Shown one piece after another: positions 38,513 to 41,380 of a stretch of DNA of 41,380 nucleotides. Position numbers and translations under genes: made by a program. Position 1 is the stretch's first letter. The number at the start of each line of letters is the position of its first letter. The notes beneath the pieces are model-generated. The model was not told the DNA's origin. It ran no database searches and saw only the letters and a program-made list of their open reading frames with translations. The stretch comes from Kipferlia bialata (taxonomy: Eukaryota), in contig BDIP01000031.1 of assembly GCA_003568945.1 (NCBI GenBank), positions 1-41,380 of the forward strand, read 5' to 3'.

Positions 38513-41204
38513 CCAAAATATATTGCACACATATCGACGGAGATGTCCCTGGCATGATATAAGAACCACACACACACACACAGTCGCACACATATACATA
38601 TACACATACATATATAATACTATACTATATATACTATATACTATGTACTATATACTATACTCTGTTGAATTATAGACATACCGATGGCGATGTCCCTGGC
38701 ATAATGTCCCCCAGCATGGTCATGGAATGGGAGGTAGAGTCCCAGCTGGGTGTGAGACATGGATACATGGGGATAAATGACTTAGAGACTATATATACAT
38801 TCCGTGAATCTGGGCTGAGGAATCCGAGCTGCAGTGTGGGAGACAGTGAATACATATTCACCACATTATTCAGATATATTACCTATGAAGCTACTGTACA
38901 CATCATGTGCATAGTACATAGAAGACAGAATAGCAACATTCAAAGAGAGACCAAGACCCTACCTGTACTTGGTACACTTGCCCTTGTTGGAGTCATAGCC
39001 ACTGGAACAGGAGACCATGACACTACCTGTTGTTAACAGAAACAGCATGGAGGAATAACAGAAACATATAGAAGAACAGCAATGTACAGAAACAGGCACA
39101 ACACAACACTAAACCAATTAACAAAGTGGAAATGGAAGTACGTACCTTGCATATCAATTGCTCCGCCGAATTCCGCAGCTCCAGAGGGACCGTCCACCCA
39201 TGGGTTGGTGGTGTCCATGGTCCAGGAGGTACCTGTGTCAATTATAGAAAACAGACTCGACATAGAAAAATTATCAATGAGGATACTGATACTGATAATA
39301 CTTCTTGGTCAGTCCAGGAGATACCTGCGTCATCAGTATCACATACATATACTGTATAGATACTGACACTGCCCTTACCTCCGTCATCAATACTATTGTC
39401 TCACAATAGTATATATATACTGATACACACAATTATATATACAGATTGACACTGCCCTCACCTGCGTCATCCAGATAGTACACGATGGTGGCACCAGTGC
39501 CATCACGGCCTAGGGTGAGAGAAACGTAGTGCAAAGTTAATATATGTACATATTGCACTACACGCAGACCACTAGAAACATGAGAGAGCAGAATATACCG
39601 TGTCCACTATATATAAACATATAATGAAAACAATACAGTACTATATACTATACCTGGAGCACCGACTACCAGGACCCCCTCTGCCATTGCAATATATATA
39701 TAATACAAACATAATACTAATGAATAATACTACATACTATACCTGGTGCACCGACTACCAGGACCCCATCTGTCATGGCTATGGCCTCTCCGAACCTGGC
39801 ACCTGCTACTGCACCTGGTGTCAGAATATGTATATATATATACATATATATATATACATCTATCTATCTATCTATCTATATATATATATATATATATACC
39901 ATATATTAAACCATTGATACATACGTATATATAAATATAGGGATACCTGGGTCGGTAAAGGTATCCACACAGCCCCATGCAGTGGTGTGGTGCCTGGAGT
40001 ATATCTGGACACGGCCTGTAGATGAGAGACACAAGGAATACATATATATATATATATATAAAGAGAGAGAGATAGAAGGAGAGAGAGAGAGACAGAGAGA
40101 GAGAGAAGGAGAGAGAGAGAGACAGAGAGAGAGAGAGGGAGGAAAAGAGGTTAGAACACACCTCTGCCTCCCCAAGATGGGGAGCCCAATGCTAGCCAGT
40201 CGCCCCACACGGCCATACCAAGCTGGTGTGAGAATGGTAGGGAGGGCGATGTACAATCCAAGTTAGGTAACTGATCGAAGTCTGGTAGCCTTCAGAGCTT
40301 ACCCTAGCATTCTTGACTCCCCGTCACATAGTACAAGTCTCTTTAAACACCTACCTTATGTTCGGAAACCCCGTCTGCAACCGTGCTCTCAATGGTCCTA
40401 AGGGATGTCATCTGAGTGATGCTTCTACCGTGATAGATGGGAGTCACTTCATCTCCACCCCATGACCCAATGGCATACCGGTACGGGGAGAGGGACATAC
40501 CCACCCTCACCGTGTAGCTACGTGAGGTATCGAGTACGGCAGAAGTGGCAGGGGAGTAGTGGCCCGTGTTGGCGTCGTAGGAGAGGGGTATCTCCCCGTC
40601 CTGAGAGTACCGAGATGGCAAGAGGGAGACATCTGCGTCTGTGACGTCTTCGCCTGAGGAGGTCACGGCTATCCCAATCTCTGCAGTGTCTCCATCATAT
40701 GAGGGCACGTACTGGTGGGAGACAGACACCCACTTCTCAGACAGAAGGGCATGGCCACCTGGGGGTTAGAATATGTATATACATATATATTTACTATACA
40801 CATGTATATATGTAGAGAGACAGATATCCACTTCTCAGACAGTAGGCCACCTGGGAGTGAGAACATATATTATATGTATATATAGTAGAAATATACCATC
40901 CATATACATATGTACAATATATGAATATATATGTACATACTATACAGTCTTCATATAAATATGCATATATATACCTGGCTGTGAGGTGCATGTCCCCGAT
41001 GTACATGGGAAATCTCTTATACTTATACGCAATAATATACGTATATATATATATACAATTCCATATATACATATATATATATAGGCCATCCACACCTGGC
41101 TGTGATGTGCATGTCCCAGATGTACATGGGGCTCCCATGACCACCTCCTGTGTCCATGCATCCCTCAGACCAAGGGAGACACTCCGGCCCAGCATAGACC
41201 CTGC
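26862..41204 (-). CDS. Very large multi-exon secreted/surface protein with many FG-GAP-like propeller repeats interspersed with Ig-like domains; continues beyond the window end
   Basis: Repeated FG-GAP-type motifs: LGRSVSL..VVMGAP (41096-41204), DGVLVVGAPG, FANALAIYDGKIAIGAP, FGCAVAFNGVYLAVGA, MEGDTMVVGAPG, YGAAVALLDGAVLIGSPG, FGTSLAMADDILVIG, FGESVSLDRAHLLIGSP, FGTALALDVETLAVSA, FGTSIAMSGGRLLVSSP. Long ORFs 26862-27956, 28387-29628, 29864-30868, 30882-31901. The junction checked at about 28042/27934 is in phase. No C-terminal TM seen; could be more than one gene. Confidence 0.8.
40039..40140. repeat. (AT)n followed by imperfect (GA)n microsatellite (intronic)
   Basis: Seen directly. Confidence 0.95.
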
Positions 41205-41325
41205 CTAGGAGGTTAAATAGATAGAGAGAGAGACCTAGAAAGAGAGAGACACACTCCTGCCCAGCATAGATCCAGCCTAAGAGGTAAGATATTCAGATGT
41301 ATACATACACACATATACATAGGGG

Positions 41326-41380
<55 letters not shown>
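41326..41380. repeat. (GA)n microsatellite at window end
   Basis: Seen directly. Confidence 0.95.

Noticed and set aside
1..41380. tRNA, rRNA, snRNA or transposase/reverse transcriptase genes
   Set aside because: No recognisable motifs by eye; a covariance-model and HMM search would be needed to exclude small intronic RNAs.

Overview
Eukaryotic, very intron-rich genomic DNA with GT-AG spliceosomal introns. The branch point sits almost on the 3' splice site (consensus about YTVAC-CCCC-CAG), and many introns are filled with (AT)n/(GA)n/(GT)n microsatellites. The splice signals and gene families resemble a free-living fornicate such as Kipferlia bialata (inference, not verified). Hand-splicing gives five multi-exon genes. 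(A) Minus-strand Kelch + Cys-rich (GCC2/GCC3-like) + 3-TM receptor-like protein, 618->12690. (B) Plus-strand FG-GAP-propeller/Ig-like type-I membrane protein, <13136-22832. (C) Minus-strand hypothetical protein, about 23177-24712. (K) Complete plus-strand Kelch protein, 24877-26517. (D) Very large minus-strand FG-GAP/Ig-like protein, 26862->41204. The main discovery is more than 40 intronic 'half-exon echoes' by my hand count. These are direct-repeat copies of an exon's 3' end plus donor placed downstream, or acceptor plus exon 5' start placed upstream, with up to 4 extra copies per junction. Echoes differ from the real exon mostly by synonymous, conservative or in-frame changes, although most lack the second splice site needed for inclusion. 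They occur only in the two flanks (about 0.7-16 kb and 38.5-41.3 kb); I saw none in the central ~22 kb, and both boundaries fall inside genes.
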